NCBI GenBank assembly: GCA_963801625.1
Contig: CAWDFQ010000007.1
Span: forward strand, 130,145-194,144
From: an uncultured delta proteobacterium
Lineage (GTDB): Bacteria; Myxococcota_A; UBA9160; PR03
Length of the DNA stretch: 64,000 bases
Direction: 5' to 3'
How positions within the stretch are numbered: position 1 is the stretch's first letter; each line of letters opens with the position of its first letter. Made by a program: the position numbers and the translations under genes. The notes beneath the pieces were generated by a model, which did no database searches, was not told the DNA's origin, and saw only the letters and a list, made by a program, of their open reading frames with translations. Below are positions 1 through 10,667 of the stretch, piece by piece.

Positions 1-1
1 G

Positions 2-2282
2 CAGCACCCGAACGCCGATCGGCTCTCGCTGTGCCGCGTCGACATCGGCAGCGGGGAACCGGTGGAGATCGTGTGCGGCGCGCCGAACGTCGCGGCCGGA
101 CAGAAGGTCGCGGTGGTGTCGCCGGGTTCGAGACTGCCCGACGGCAAGAAGCTCGAGAAGGCAAAGATTCGCGGCGTCGTCTCGCACGGCATGATCTGTT
201 CGGCGCAGGAACTCGGCATCGCCGCACCGAGCGACGGGATTCTGGTGCTCGACGCGAGCGCAAAGGTCGGTGCGCCGCTCGGCGACGTGCTCGCGGCGGG
301 CGACTCGGTGCTCGAGATCGCGCTCACGCCGAACCGCGGCGACTGCGCGTCGATGCTCGGCATCGCGCGCGAGGTGCGCGCCCACTTCGGCGGCGCGCTG
401 CGCCTTCCGCCCTTCCTGCCGGACGAGGCGGGCGAGCCGGCCGTCGCGAGCCTGCGTGTCGAGATCGAAGACCGGGACGGTTGTCCTCGCTACTGCGCCC
501 GCCTCGTGCGCGGTGTCGCGGTGGGTCCGAGCCCCGCTTGGCTCGCGGCCCGACTCGAAGCGGCCGGCATGCGCGCCATCAACGTCGTGGTCGACGTGAC
601 GAACCTCGTGCTGCTCGAATTCGGCCAGCCGCTGCACGCCTTCGACGCTGCGACGCTGCGCGGCGGCGCGATCCACGTGCGGCGCGCGCGTGCCGACGAG
701 AAGATCGCGACACTCGACGGCGCCACGCGGGCACTGCAGAGCGAAGATCTCGTGATCGCCGACGCCGAGCGCGCCATCGCGATTGCGGGTGTGATGGGCG
801 GGGCGGAGACCGAAGTCGGCGCACGCACCACCGACGTGCTGCTCGAGAGCGCGCACTTCGAAGCCGTGCGCGTGCGGCGTACCGCGCGCCGTCTCGGCCT
901 CAACAGCGAGGCGTCCTACCGCTTCGAGCGCGAGATCGACCGCGACGGGCTGCGCCGCGCGATCGACCGCGCGGCGCGCCTGCTGGCGGAACTGGCGGGC
1001 GGCCGCGTCGCGCCGGGCGTGGTGGAGGCGACCGGCCGCGCGCCGTCCGCGGTCGCCGAAATCGCACTCGATCCCGATCGCGTGAATCGCCTGCTCGGCA
1101 CCCACTTCGATCGCGCCGCGATCGCTGCACTGCTCGCGCGCGTCGACGTCGTCGATGTGGACGCCGGCTCGGGACCGCTGCGCTGCCGGGTGCCCAGTTG
1201 GCGCAACGACCTGCGGCGCGACGTCGACCTGATCGAAGAGGTCGCGCGCATCCACGGCTACGACCATCTTCCCACGACGCTCCCGGTCGCGCTCCTCGGC
1301 CCGGTTGCGGTGTCGCGCGGGCGCAGCGTGGTCGAGGGCGCGCGCAACGCGCTGTGCGCGGCGGGCTTCGTCGAGTGCATGACGCTGCCGTTCGCGAGCG
1401 CAGCGGACCTGGATCGCATCGGGCTTCGCCGCAGACGACGCGCGGCGTCGCGTCGTGCACCTGCAGAACCCGCTCACCGACGAAGAGTCGAAGCTCCGGT
1501 CCACGCTCGTGCCGTCGCTGCTCGCCGTCGCGCGCACCAACCGCAGCCGTCAGGTCGAGCGCGTCCGCGCCTTCGAGGTGGGGCGGGTGTTCGCAGCGCG
1601 TGGCGAGCGACGAGCTGCCGCACCGAGACGCTCCATGTGGCCGGTGTCGTGATGCGCGGGGAAGGCGGTCTCTGGGCCGCGCCCGCGCCGCCGCCGCTCT
1701 TCTTCGACGCGAAAGGGGCGGTCGAACGGTTGTTCGACGATCTCGGCCTCGCGGCGAGCTTCTCCGCCGACGCGACCGAACCGTTCCTGCACCCCGGTGC
1801 GAGCGCCGCGATCGCGCTCGGCGGCCGGCGGGTCGGCGTCGTCGGGGAGCTGCACCCCGAGACGGCGGCGCGCTTCGAGACTCGACACGTCCTGCGCGAT
1901 CTTCGTGCTCGATCTCGATGCAATCGCGGCCACGCCGGCTGCGCCCGTGAAGTACAGCGAAGTGTCGCGCCAGCCGAGTGTCGGCGCGATCTCGCGGTGC
2001 TGCTGTCGCGCGACGCAGCCTGCGCGCGGCGTGCTGGACGCGATCCGCGGCACGGCAGGGCCGCATCTCGTTGCCGCCGAGATCTTCGATCGCTACGAAG
2101 GAACCGGTGTCCCGGAAGGTCGCGTGAGCGTGGCCTTCCGTCTCGTCTTCCAGCGCCCCGACCGGACCCTGCTCGACACCGAGGTCGCGCGTGCGACCGA
2201 ACGCGTCGTGCGCATGCTCGCCGACCGTTTCGGCGGCGAGCTGCGGCAGGGAACCGGCGAGGCCAATCCAGCGGGGGGGTGA
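2..2282 (+). pseudogene. pheT: phenylalanine--tRNA ligase beta subunit, 5'-truncated by window edge; frame broken repeatedly as sequenced (may be sequence error, gene is normally essential)
   Basis: Frame of ORF 62..2305 reads HPNADRLSLCRVDIGSGEPVEIVCGAPNV (tRNA-binding domain). The native sequence then hops frames: HLQNPLTDEESKLRSTLVPSLL is in ORF 1455..1652, and the FDX-ACB end [31 protein letters not shown] is in ORF 1797..2282. At least 5 frame changes lie between ~1430 and ~2000. Confidence 0.9.
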
Positions 2283-2301
2283 TCGCGTGGGAGGTCGCAC
2301 C

Positions 2302-2620
2302 ATGACCAAGGCCGAGATCGTCGAGCAGATCTACGAACGCGTGGGTTTCTCGAAGAAGGAGTCGGCTGACCTGGTGGAGAAGGTCTTCGAGATCATCAAG
2401 GAGACGCTCGAAGCGGGGGAGAAGGTCAAGATCTCCGGCTTCGGAAACTTCGTGGTGCGCGAGCAAGAACGCGCGCAAGGGCCGCAATCCGCAGACCGGC
2501 GAGGAAATCGTTCTCGAGGCGAGGAGAGTGCTCACCTTCAAGCCATCTCTCGTGCTAAAAAACCTCTTGAACGACGAGCAGGAGACGGGTCCCGAGTTCG
2601 ACGACGATTCGGACGACTAG
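2302..2620 (+). pseudogene. ihfA: integration host factor alpha subunit (HU/IHF family), one extra base (~2464) breaks the frame as sequenced
   Basis: [54 protein letters not shown], then after a +1 shift [36 protein letters not shown]...DDSDD*. Length is 319 nt, i.e. 3n+1. Classic position just downstream of pheT. Confidence 0.9.
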
Positions 2621-2644
2621 ACCCGCAGTTCCGGGAGGGGGTAG

Positions 2645-3049
2645 GTGACGCAAGAGACTGCTCCGTCTCCGCACGCCGCGGGCGCGCCCGGCGAAGCCGC
2701 GGTGAATCCGACGAAGCGCTACTACCGGATCGGCGAGGTTTCGCGCCTCACCGGCGTCAAGGCGCACGTACTCCGCTACTGGGAGTCCGAATTCCGCTGG
2801 ATGGCGCCGGCGAAGTCGCGTTCGCAGCAGCGCCTGTACCGCCACCGCGACATCGAAGTGATCCTGCTGCTGAAGCGCCTCCTACACGAGGAGCGCTTCA
2901 CCATCGCCGGCGCGCGCAAACGCCTGCGCGAACTCGGCGTCGCGCGCGCCCTCGAAGTGCCCCAGGTCGACCTCGGCCTCGAGATCGACCACCTCGCGCG
3001 CTACCGGCGCATTCGCGAAGAGCTGCTCGCAATCAAGGCGCTGCTCTAG
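2645..3049 (+). CDS. MerR-family transcriptional regulator
   Basis: Intact 134-aa ORF. MerR HTH signature [25 protein letters not shown], followed by a coiled-coil-like C-terminus. Confidence 0.85.
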   Translation: MTQETAPSPHAAGAPGEAAVNPTKRYYRIGEVSRLTGVKAHVLRYWESEFRWMAPAKSRSQQRLYRHRDIEVILLLKRLLHEERFTIAGARKRLRELGVARALEVPQVDLGLEIDHLARYRRIREELLAIKALL

Positions 3050-3107
3050 CCAGGCTGCCGTGCGCTTGGTCGACAGGCGCCGTGACGACGGCTAATCAAT
3101 GCACCGT

Positions 3108-3184
3108 CGGGCCGTAGCGCAGTTTGGTAGCGCGCCTGAATGGGGTTCAGGAGGTCGCTGGTTCGAATCCAGTCGGCCCGACCA
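3108..3184 (+). tRNA. tRNA-Pro (anticodon GGG)
   Basis: Acceptor stem CGGGCCG/CGGCCCG. Anticodon stem CCTGA/TCAGG with loop ATGGGGT (anticodon GGG). T-arm GGTTCGAATCC. Encoded CCA end. Confidence 0.93.
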
Positions 3185-3521
3185 AGAGATCGTCCGAGAG
3201 TCGCGTGACTCAGTGTCGCTCGGAGTAAGTTCCAGAGCGCGAAGCATCCGATGCATGTCGGGCCTGTTGCTGCCGGCCGGTCTCTACGCGCTGATTGCTC
3301 GGCGGCGGCACCCGAGCCCGGCGGTCGCGAGCAGCGGCGCGACCGCGCTCTCGCATGCGCCCGGCTCGGGCACCAACCGGCCGTAGATGTTGGTGTTGGT
3401 AGCCAGTAAAGGCTGATCCTGCCAAGTCAGCAGAAGATCGCCGAGTCCCGCCGCGAGCGCCTCCGACTCCGGGAAATCGAGGGGTCTACTGATCGGCGAG
3501 GGCGTCTCGCCGGAGACGGCT

Positions 3522-3794
3522 GTGGCAATCCGCGACCTCGCCCTGTGCAACCCGCGCGTACGCAACGCCGCCCGTGCCCTTTCGATGTATCTGGGACCCG
3601 ACGAAGTATTGCTGACGCTCGACGTGGAGTTCGAACGCGATTCGACCGCCGATGAGATCGTCGCTGCCATTGCGAATGTCGAACAAGACATCCGAGTGCG
3701 ATACCCGAAGATCACCCGCATCTACATCGAGGCGCGATCGCTCAGCGGCGCAACTCGGCCACCGAATCAGCCTCGACCCCGCGCTGCACGCTGA
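3522..3794 (+). pseudogene. cation diffusion facilitator (CDF) transporter, C-terminal cytoplasmic domain fragment only
   Basis: YLGPDEVLLTLDVEFERDSTADEIVAAIANVEQDIRVRYPKITRIYIEA matches the CDF C-terminal domain. No transmembrane part lies upstream. Confidence 0.6.
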
Positions 3795-4105
3795 TCCTGT
3801 CGCCGATCGCCGGTGCTTGAACTCGCTTTGAGTACCATGCGGCGCGTCGTCCTCCACGAGAGGTCGACGACGTGTCCCAATACGAAGAACGGAGATCCTC
3901 TCACAATCCACGGCTCGAGGATCGAGAGCACGACGAAGCTTCTGGTTCGTGCCTTCCCTGATCGCCGCGGTCGCGCGGGTGCCCCGCGCACAAGTGGATT
4001 GGATCGGCGAGGTGGCAGGACGCACGATCGGGCCCCGACACGACCAGGCAGGTTTCGAGAGCCGGCCGGCGGCCACGCGCCGACGGACGAGCCGTCAACA
4101 GAGGC

Positions 4106-4754
4106 ATGCAAATGAAGATCGACTCCGATGACTTCCGTGTTCCGGCAGGGAAGAAGGTCCATCTCGACGAGTGGCCGCGCTGCGGAGCTGGAGCACGACT
4201 TTCTGTGGCGCACCACCCGATCCCTGCCCGAACGCGGCCGCATCGGCATCTTCAATCGTTCCTATTACGAGGAAGTCCTGATCGTGCGGGTCCATCCGGA
4301 GATCCTTCGCACCGAGGGTCTGCCGGCCGAGTCGCTCGACGAGAACACCGTCTGGCAGGGGAGATATCGCTCCATCGTGCAGCTGGAAGACCATCTCCAC
4401 CGCAACGGAACTCGAATCATCAAGTTCTTCCTGCACCTTTCGAAGGAGGAACAGCGAAAGCGCTTGCTCGAACGCATTGATGAGCTGGACAAGAACTGGA
4501 AATTGAGCCTTGCCGATATCGAAGAGAGAGAGTTCTGGAAGCAATACATGCAGGCCTATGAGGCGTGCCTGAGCGCGACGAGTACGACGAACGCACCCTG
4601 GTACGTCGTTCCCGCCGACGACAAAGAGAACGCTCGGCTGATCATTTCCGAGATCGTCCTCGACCTGTTCAAAGGGCTAGAAATGGCTTACCCGAAGTCC
4701 AGCGCGAAACGCCGGCGAGAGCTGCAGTTGATACGCGAGAGGCTCGCGAAGTGA
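4106..4754 (+). pseudogene. polyphosphate kinase 2 (PPK2) family protein with internal deletion of the Walker-A region
   Basis: N-terminus [22 protein letters not shown] (ORF 4106) joins out of frame at ~4180-4190 to [39 protein letters not shown]...[16 protein letters not shown] (ORF 4128..4754). About 100 residues normally between these blocks are missing. Confidence 0.8.
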
Positions 4755-4889
4755 GCCCTCGTAGGTCCGGACCGTTCTCCGCAAGCTCTCGTCGCGCCAG
4801 CGGTGACCCGGCTGAAGCCCGGTGGCCACAGGATATCCGTCCGATGAGTCCTACCCGTCCCCCGCCTGCGCGCGCGTCGTTCGAGCGGC

Positions 4890-6221
4890 GTGATCGGGGC
4901 TGACATGACCCACGATGGTGTGATCGTGACCGAGATCGATCGGGCCGGCGATGATGTGATGCTGGAGCGGCTCCAGCGTGCCGCGTTCGACTACTTCCTG
5001 CAGGCGGTGAATCCGGCCAACGGACTGGTCGCCGACACCTCGCGCGAGAATTCGCCGTGCCAGCATCGCGGTGGTCGGGTTCGCGTTGTCGGCCTATCCG
5101 GTGGCGGTGGAGCGCGGCTGGATGGCGCGCGCCGACGCGGTCGAGCGCAGCCTCGCCGCGCTGCGCTTCTTCCGCGACAGCGATCAGAGCGGCGGTCCGG
5201 AGGCGACCGGCTACAAGGGTTTCTACTACCACTTCCTCGACATGCACACGCGGTGCCCGCGTCTGGCGCTCGGAGCTGTCGATGATCGACACGGCGCTGC
5301 TGATCGCCGGCGCGCTGACCGCGGGCATGTACTTCACCGCGAACACGCGCGGACGAAATCGAGCTGCGCGAGCTGGTCGATGCGCTGTACCGCCGCATCG
5401 ACTGGCGCTGGGCGCAGGACGGCTGCGAGACGATCCGGCAAGGCTGGAAGCCCGAATGCGGATTCCTGCATTACGGGTGGGAAGGCTACAACGAGGCCAT
5501 CGTGCTGTATGTGCTGGCGATGGGATCGCCGACGCATCCGCTCGAGGACGACTGCTACCACGCATGGACCGCGACCTACCAGTGGGAGAATCTGTACGGC
5601 TACGATTTCCTGTATGCGGGGCCGCTGTTCGTGCACCAGTTCTCGCACGCATGGATCGATTTTCGCGGCATCCGGGATCGCTTCATGCGCGAGAAGCGCT
5701 GCGACTATTTCGAGAACAGCCGGCGCGCGACCTACGTCCAGCGCGAGTACGCGCAGCGCAATCCCAACGGCTTCGCCGGTTATGACGAAAACTGCTGGGG
5801 CCTGACTGCCTGTGATGGTCCGAGCGACGAGCTGCCCGAGGTGGCCAACGAGCCGCGGCGCTTGTTCGGTTACGCCGCGCGTGGCGTGCCGTACGGACCG
5901 GATGACGGAACGCTCGCCGGCTCGGCGGCACTGGCCTCGCTGCCGTTCGCGCCCGAGATCGCCTTGCGCGCCGCGCGCAACATGCTGCGCGCTACCCCGA
6001 GATGCTGCGCGGGCAACGGTACGCGAGCAGCTTCAACCCGACTCTCGCCGGCGCCGACCGGCGCGCCTGGGTCTCCGCCGGTCACTTCGGGCTCGACCAG
6101 GGCATCGTGGTGATGATGATCGAGAACCATCGCACGCAACTGATCTGGCGGCTGATGCGGGACTGTCCCTACGATCACGACCGGTTTACGGCGCGCGGGA
6201 TTCCGCGGCGGCTGGCTGTAG
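4890..6221 (+). pseudogene. PF10091 'glucoamylase'-type / GH144-like (endo-beta-1,2-glucanase family) protein, multiple frameshifts
   Basis: Native blocks are spread over 3 frames: NGLVADTSRENSP; GFALSAYPVAVERGWMARADAVERSLAALRFF; GYKGFYYHFLDMHT; LSMIDTALLIAGALTAGMYF; GYNEAIVLYVLAMGSPTHP...GPLFVHQFSHAWIDFRGIRD...YFENSRRATYVQREYAQRNPNGFAGYDENCWGLTACDGP; [20 protein letters not shown]. The likely stop is TAG at 6219-6221. Confidence 0.75.
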
Positions 6222-6249
6222 CAGCTCCCTTCATCTACGGATCACGACG

Positions 6250-7779
6250 ATGCAGCAGCACAACGCTCCCTACACGACACTCGCGCAGGACGCGTACGAA
6301 CGCGAGCGGCTGGGAGAACGTACATCCCGCCGAATGGCGCAATCCGCAGCCCGCGGGTCGCTACAGCCTGGTGGTCGTCGGCGCCGGCACGGCGGGACTG
6401 GTCGCGGCGCACGCCGCGGCGGCGCTGGGCGCGAAGGTCGCGCTGATCGAGCGCGATCGGCTCGGCGGCGATTGCCTGAATGTCGGCTGCGTGCCGTCGA
6501 AAGACGCTTCATCCGCACTTCGCGGCTGTACGCCGAGATGCGCAATGCCGAGCACTACGGCGCGCAGATCCCGGCCGATATCCGCGTCGATTTTTCCGCC
6601 GTGATGCAACGCATGCGGCGTATCCGCGCCCGCATCAGCCGCGCCGATTCGGTGCGACGCCTGCAGCGCAGCCGGCGTCGATGTGTTCTTCGGCGAGGCG
6701 CGCTTCACCGGAACCGACACGCTCGTGGTCGACGGCGCGAAGCTGCGCTTCAAGAAGGCGATGATCGCCACCGGCGCGCGGCCGGACACGCCCTCGATTC
6801 CCGGCCTCGTCGAGGCCGGCTATCTGACCAACGAGAACGTCTTCGACCTGACCGAGCTGCCGCGCCGCCTGCTGGTCATCGGCGGCGGCCCGCTCGGCTG
6901 CGAACTGGCGCAGGCATTCTGCCGCTTCGGCGCGCAGATCATCATCGCGCAGGACATGCCGCTGTTCCTGCCCAAGGAAGAGCGCGACGCCGCGCAGATC
7001 CTCTCGGATGCCTTTGCGCGCGACGGCATCGAGGTGCGGCTCAACACCACGGCCGTCAACGTGCGCGTGGAAGACGGGCAGAAGCTCGTCGATCTGGTCA
7101 GCGACGACTACGAGAGCACGGTAGCGGTCGATGCCATCCTCACCGGCACCGGCCGGGTGCCGAATGTCGAGGGCCTTGGACCTGGAAGCTGCAGGCGTCG
7201 ACTACGACGCCACGGTCGGGCATCCGGGTCGACGATTTCCTGCAGACCAGCAATCGGCGCATCTATGCCGCCGGCGACGTCTGCCTGGAGCACAAGTTCA
7301 CCCATACCGCGGACGCGTCGGCGCGCATCGTGGTCCAGAACGCGCTGTTCCTCGGTCGCCAGCGACTGAGCGCACTGACGATTCCGTGGTGCACCTACAC
7401 CGATCCGGAAATCGCCCACGTCGGCCTCTACGTCCGGGAGGCGCGCGAGCAGGACATCCCGGTGAAGACCTTCACCATCCCGATGCACGACGTGGATCGC
7501 GCGATCGCCGACGGCGAGGAGACGGGCTTCGTGAAGATCCACGTCAAGGAGCGGACGGATCGGATTCTCGGCGCGACGATCGTCGCCCGTCATGCGGGCG
7601 AGATGATCAACGAGATCACGCTGGCGATGGTCGCTGGGATCGGCCTGCGCACCCTTGCGCGCGTCATCCACGCCTATCCGACCCAGGCTGAAGCGATCAA
7701 GAAGGCGGCGGACGCCTACAACCGCACGCGCCTGACACCGACGATCCAATCGCTGCTGCGGCGCTGGCTGGCGTGGTGA
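6250..7779 (+). pseudogene. class I pyridine nucleotide-disulfide oxidoreductase (mercuric reductase-like / dihydrolipoamide dehydrogenase-like), ~6 frameshifts
   Basis: [44 protein letters not shown] carries the FAD fold and CxxxxC redox motif. The second Rossmann fold is LLVIGGGPLGCELAQAF. The dimerisation end IHAYPTQAEAIKKAA is in ORF 5812..7779. Segments alternate between ORFs 6002.., 5812.., 6683.. and 7131... Confidence 0.8.
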
Positions 7780-7944
7780 GGGCCCATGCTCGGCTCGCGA
7801 CGGGCGGAGCGGCCGAGCGTGGCCACGAGACTCGCTCGGGCGGCGGCCAGGGGCGCGCTCTCGGAAGCCGGCATATCGAGCAAAGGCGGTGCAAGCGCGG
7901 CTATAGCGGCGTGGCGATCGTGATCGATCAGGTGCTCTAGCGCG

Positions 7945-10032
7945 TCAGCCGGTCCGATCGAGTCTCGCGAGCTGCTCGGCGGTGCCCGCAACGACGAGCC
8001 GATCGCCCGGAGCGATGCAGTCGTCTGCCGTTGGCACGCGGACCGCCTCGCCGGCGGGCGTTCGTGATCGCAGCAACAGGACCTGGATCCCGTGGCGTCT
8101 GCGCAGATCGATTTCGCGTAGCGAGCGCCCGTAGAAGGTCCCCGGCGCCTCGATCTCCATCAGCGCGTAGCCGTCGCCGAGGTCGACATGGTGCCCGCGA
8201 TTCGCGAGCGACAGGCGCGTGCCGAGCCCACCCGTGAGATCGCGACGCAGCATCTCGTGGTGATACGCCTCGAGCACGCTGCGCTCATTGATCGAGCCCA
8301 TCAGCCGCGTGGGATCCTCTCGCGAGACGACCGCGAGCTCGGAGACACCGGCGGTTCGCAGCAGCTGCGCGATGCCGTCGAGGTCGTCGTCCTCGAAGAC
8401 TCTCGGTCGATCGGCCTCGAGCAGATCTGCGGCCACCACGATGCCGCGCAGCGCGAACTCTTCGTCGAGGAGTCGCCGCAGCGGCTCGAGCGAAATTGTG
8501 CCGCAGAGCCGTCCGGCATCGTCGGTGACGAAGATCTCGTCGTGCTCACTGTTCATCAGCTGATCGAGTACGCCGCTGAGGTCGGTGTCGGCGCGGATCA
8601 CATCGGGAGAGCGGTCGAGGACGTCGCTTGCTCGCAGCGAGCGCAGCACGTGCGGGTCCTTCTCTGCGTAGACGTCGAGACCCTTGTGGACGAGGCTCAG
8701 CGTGTAGATCGACTCGCGCCGCAGGAACATCGCCGCAAGCGTCGCCAGCACGCACGCCGTCATCAGCGGTGGGATGATCGCGATCGATTGGGTCATCTCG
8801 AAGATCAGCAGAATCGCGGTGATCGGCGCGTGGGTGGCCGCCGCTACCACGGCGCCCATGCCGACGAGCGCGTAGGCACCGGACGACGCCGTGGAGGCAG
8901 GAAGCGCCGCGTGCACCACCGATCCGAAGGCGCCGCCCGTCATCGCACCGAGGAACAACGATGGCGCGAATACACCGCCGGAGCCGCCCGAGCCGAGCGT
9001 GATCGACGTCGCCACGACCTTGGCGAGCAACAAGATGATCATCAGGCCGACGGAAAGCCCCCCGGCGAACGAAGCATTGATCGTTCCGTAGCTGCTGCCG
9101 AACACGTGCGGAAGAAAGACTCCGATGCAACCTACGAAGAGTCCGCCCACCGCTACCTTCCCGGCTGCAGGCATGCGCAACTTCTCGAAGGTTTTCTCGG
9201 TGGACCAAACGGCAGCGCCGAACCCGACGCCCACGACGGCCGCAACGAGTCCGAGCCCGGCGTAGGCGAAGATCTCCCACGGACTCGCCAGCGACCACGA
9301 GGGAACGGCAAAGGCGGGCGTATCCCCGAGCATCGCCCGCGACAGCACCGTGGCCACCACCGACGAGACCACGATCGGGACGAACTGCGTCGTCGCGAAA
9401 TCGCCGAGGATCACCTCGACGGCGAACAGCGCGCCGGCGATCGGCGCGTTGAAGGTGGCTGCGATCCCGGCCGCTGCGCCGCAGCCCACCAGCGTCCGCA
9501 CGCCGCGCGGTGGGAGCTGCAACAGTTGGCCGATCGCGGAGCCGATCGCGGAGCCGATCTGCACGATCGGCCCTTCGCGCCCCGCCGAGCCGCCCGTGCC
9601 GATCGTCAGCGCCGAGGCGATTGTCTTCACCAATGCGACACGTGGACGGATCACACCCCCGCGGACGGCGACTGCTTCCATCACCGCCGGTACGCCGTGG
9701 CCCTTCGCTTCGCGGGCGAGCATGTGGACGATGGGACCGACGAGCAGCCCGCCGATCGCCGGCGCGATGAGTCGCCGCCACCATGCGAGGTCCATCCCGG
9801 GTGCGAGCGCGCTCGGATGTTCGGCCGCCAAGGCGTCGCGTAGCACCGAGGCGACCGAGACGTGCAGCGGCTCGGGCGAAAACGCGAATGCTTCCACGAG
9901 ATGGATCAGCGTTCGGAACACCACCGCACCGAACGCGCCGGCGACTCCGCAGGCGACCGCGACCCCGAGCACGAACACGTGTGCCCGCATCCGATCCGTG
10001 CGCCGCCGCGAGCCTCCGGTCACCGAATTCAC
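7945..10032 (-). CDS. ClC-family voltage-gated chloride channel with CBS pair and TrkA-C (RCK_C) domain
   Basis: Intact 695-aa ORF. ClC selectivity motifs GGSAGREGP and GGSGGVFAPSL are present. The C-terminal CBS region and a TrkA-C-like end (GDRLVVAGTAEQLARL) follow. Confidence 0.9.
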   Translation of the reverse strand: MNSVTGGSRRRTDRMRAHVFVLGVAVACGVAGAFGAVVFRTLIHLVEAFAFSPEPLHVSVASVLRDALAAEHPSALAPGMDLAWWRRLIAPAIGGLLVGPIVHMLAREAKGHGVPAVMEAVAVRGGVIRPRVALVKTIASALTIGTGGSAGREGPIVQIGSAIGSAIGQLLQLPPRGVRTLVGCGAAAGIAATFNAPIAGALFAVEVILGDFATTQFVPIVVSSVVATVLSRAMLGDTPAFAVPSWSLASPWEIFAYAGLGLVAAVVGVGFGAAVWSTEKTFEKLRMPAAGKVAVGGLFVGCIGVFLPHVFGSSYGTINASFAGGLSVGLMIILLLAKVVATSITLGSGGSGGVFAPSLFLGAMTGGAFGSVVHAALPASTASSGAYALVGMGAVVAAATHAPITAILLIFEMTQSIAIIPPLMTACVLATLAAMFLRRESIYTLSLVHKGLDVYAEKDPHVLRSLRASDVLDRSPDVIRADTDLSGVLDQLMNSEHDEIFVTDDAGRLCGTISLEPLRRLLDEEFALRGIVVAADLLEADRPRVFEDDDLDGIAQLLRTAGVSELAVVSREDPTRLMGSINERSVLEAYHHEMLRRDLTGGLGTRLSLANRGHHVDLGDGYALMEIEAPGTFYGRSLREIDLRRRHGIQVLLLRSRTPAGEAVRVPTADDCIAPGDRLVVAGTAEQLARLDRTG

Positions 10033-10095
10033 CGTTCGACCTTAGCAGCCTGCGAGGCCGATCTGTCGAAGATTGGGTTGCTAGCCTCCGCGTCG

Positions 10096-10645
10096 ATGGA
10101 GCACCCGCGTCCGTGGACCGTCCTCGACACCGAGCAGGTGCAGGACAGTTCCGTGTTCCGCGTCCATAGCAATCTCGTGCGCGCGCCGCGCTCGGGCGAA
10201 GCGCACACGTACTGGCGCATCGAGGCGGCCGAGTGGGTGAACGTGGTGCCCGTCACCGACGACGGATATGTCGTGATGGTGCGGCAGTGGCGTCACGGCA
10301 CGCGTGAGATCACGATCGAGATTCCCGGCGGCATCGTCGACCCGGGTGAGACGCCGGCGCAAGCCGCTGTGCGCGAGACGCTCGAAGAGGGCGGCTACGG
10401 CGGCGGCGAACTGATCTCGATCGGCACGCTCTCGCCGAATCCCGCGCTTGTCACCGTCGCGTGCACAGCTTCTGGGCGCGCCGCGTCACGCGCGTCGCGT
10501 AGATCGAGAACCACGGCGAGGAGAGACCGCCGCAAAACTCGTCCCGCTCGCCGATCTCGACCGTGGCGTGAGCAAGGGCGACATCCCGCACGTGCTGGTG
10601 ATCGCCGCGCTTCACTGGTTCCACCTGGCACCGAACGAGACGTGA
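10096..10645 (+). pseudogene. NUDIX hydrolase (ADP-ribose pyrophosphatase-like), two frame changes near 10440-10500
   Basis: MEHPRPWTVLDTEQV...WRHGTREITIEIPGGIVDPGETPAQAAVRETLEEGGY is the Nudix box GX5EX7REUXEEXGU. The tail VHSFWARRV is in a third frame, and TAAKLVPLADLDRGVSKGDIPHVLVIAALHWF is in ORF 10448..10645. Confidence 0.8.
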
Positions 10646-10667
10646 AGGCGGTCAACGATCGCCCGCT

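Noticed and set aside
31-2309. Long overlapping ORFs on both strands over pheT (31..1950 +, 900..2309 -, 1474..2541 -). Similar giant ORFs elsewhere include 8188..9843 +, 23340..24446 -, 49301..51961 +, 59132..61918 + and 60312..61619 -.
   Set aside because: Their translations are Arg/Ala/Pro/Gly-rich low-complexity strings typical of stop-poor alternative frames in ~70 % GC DNA. In each case another frame or strand carries a recognisable protein family.
3390-3480. A minus-strand stretch, ..LLTWQDQPLLATNTNIYGRLVPEPG.., vaguely resembling the YrdC/Sua5 'TSAN.sG' region.
   Set aside because: The similarity is too short and too weak to support a call. It is left unannotated as part of the tRNA-Pro-adjacent debris.
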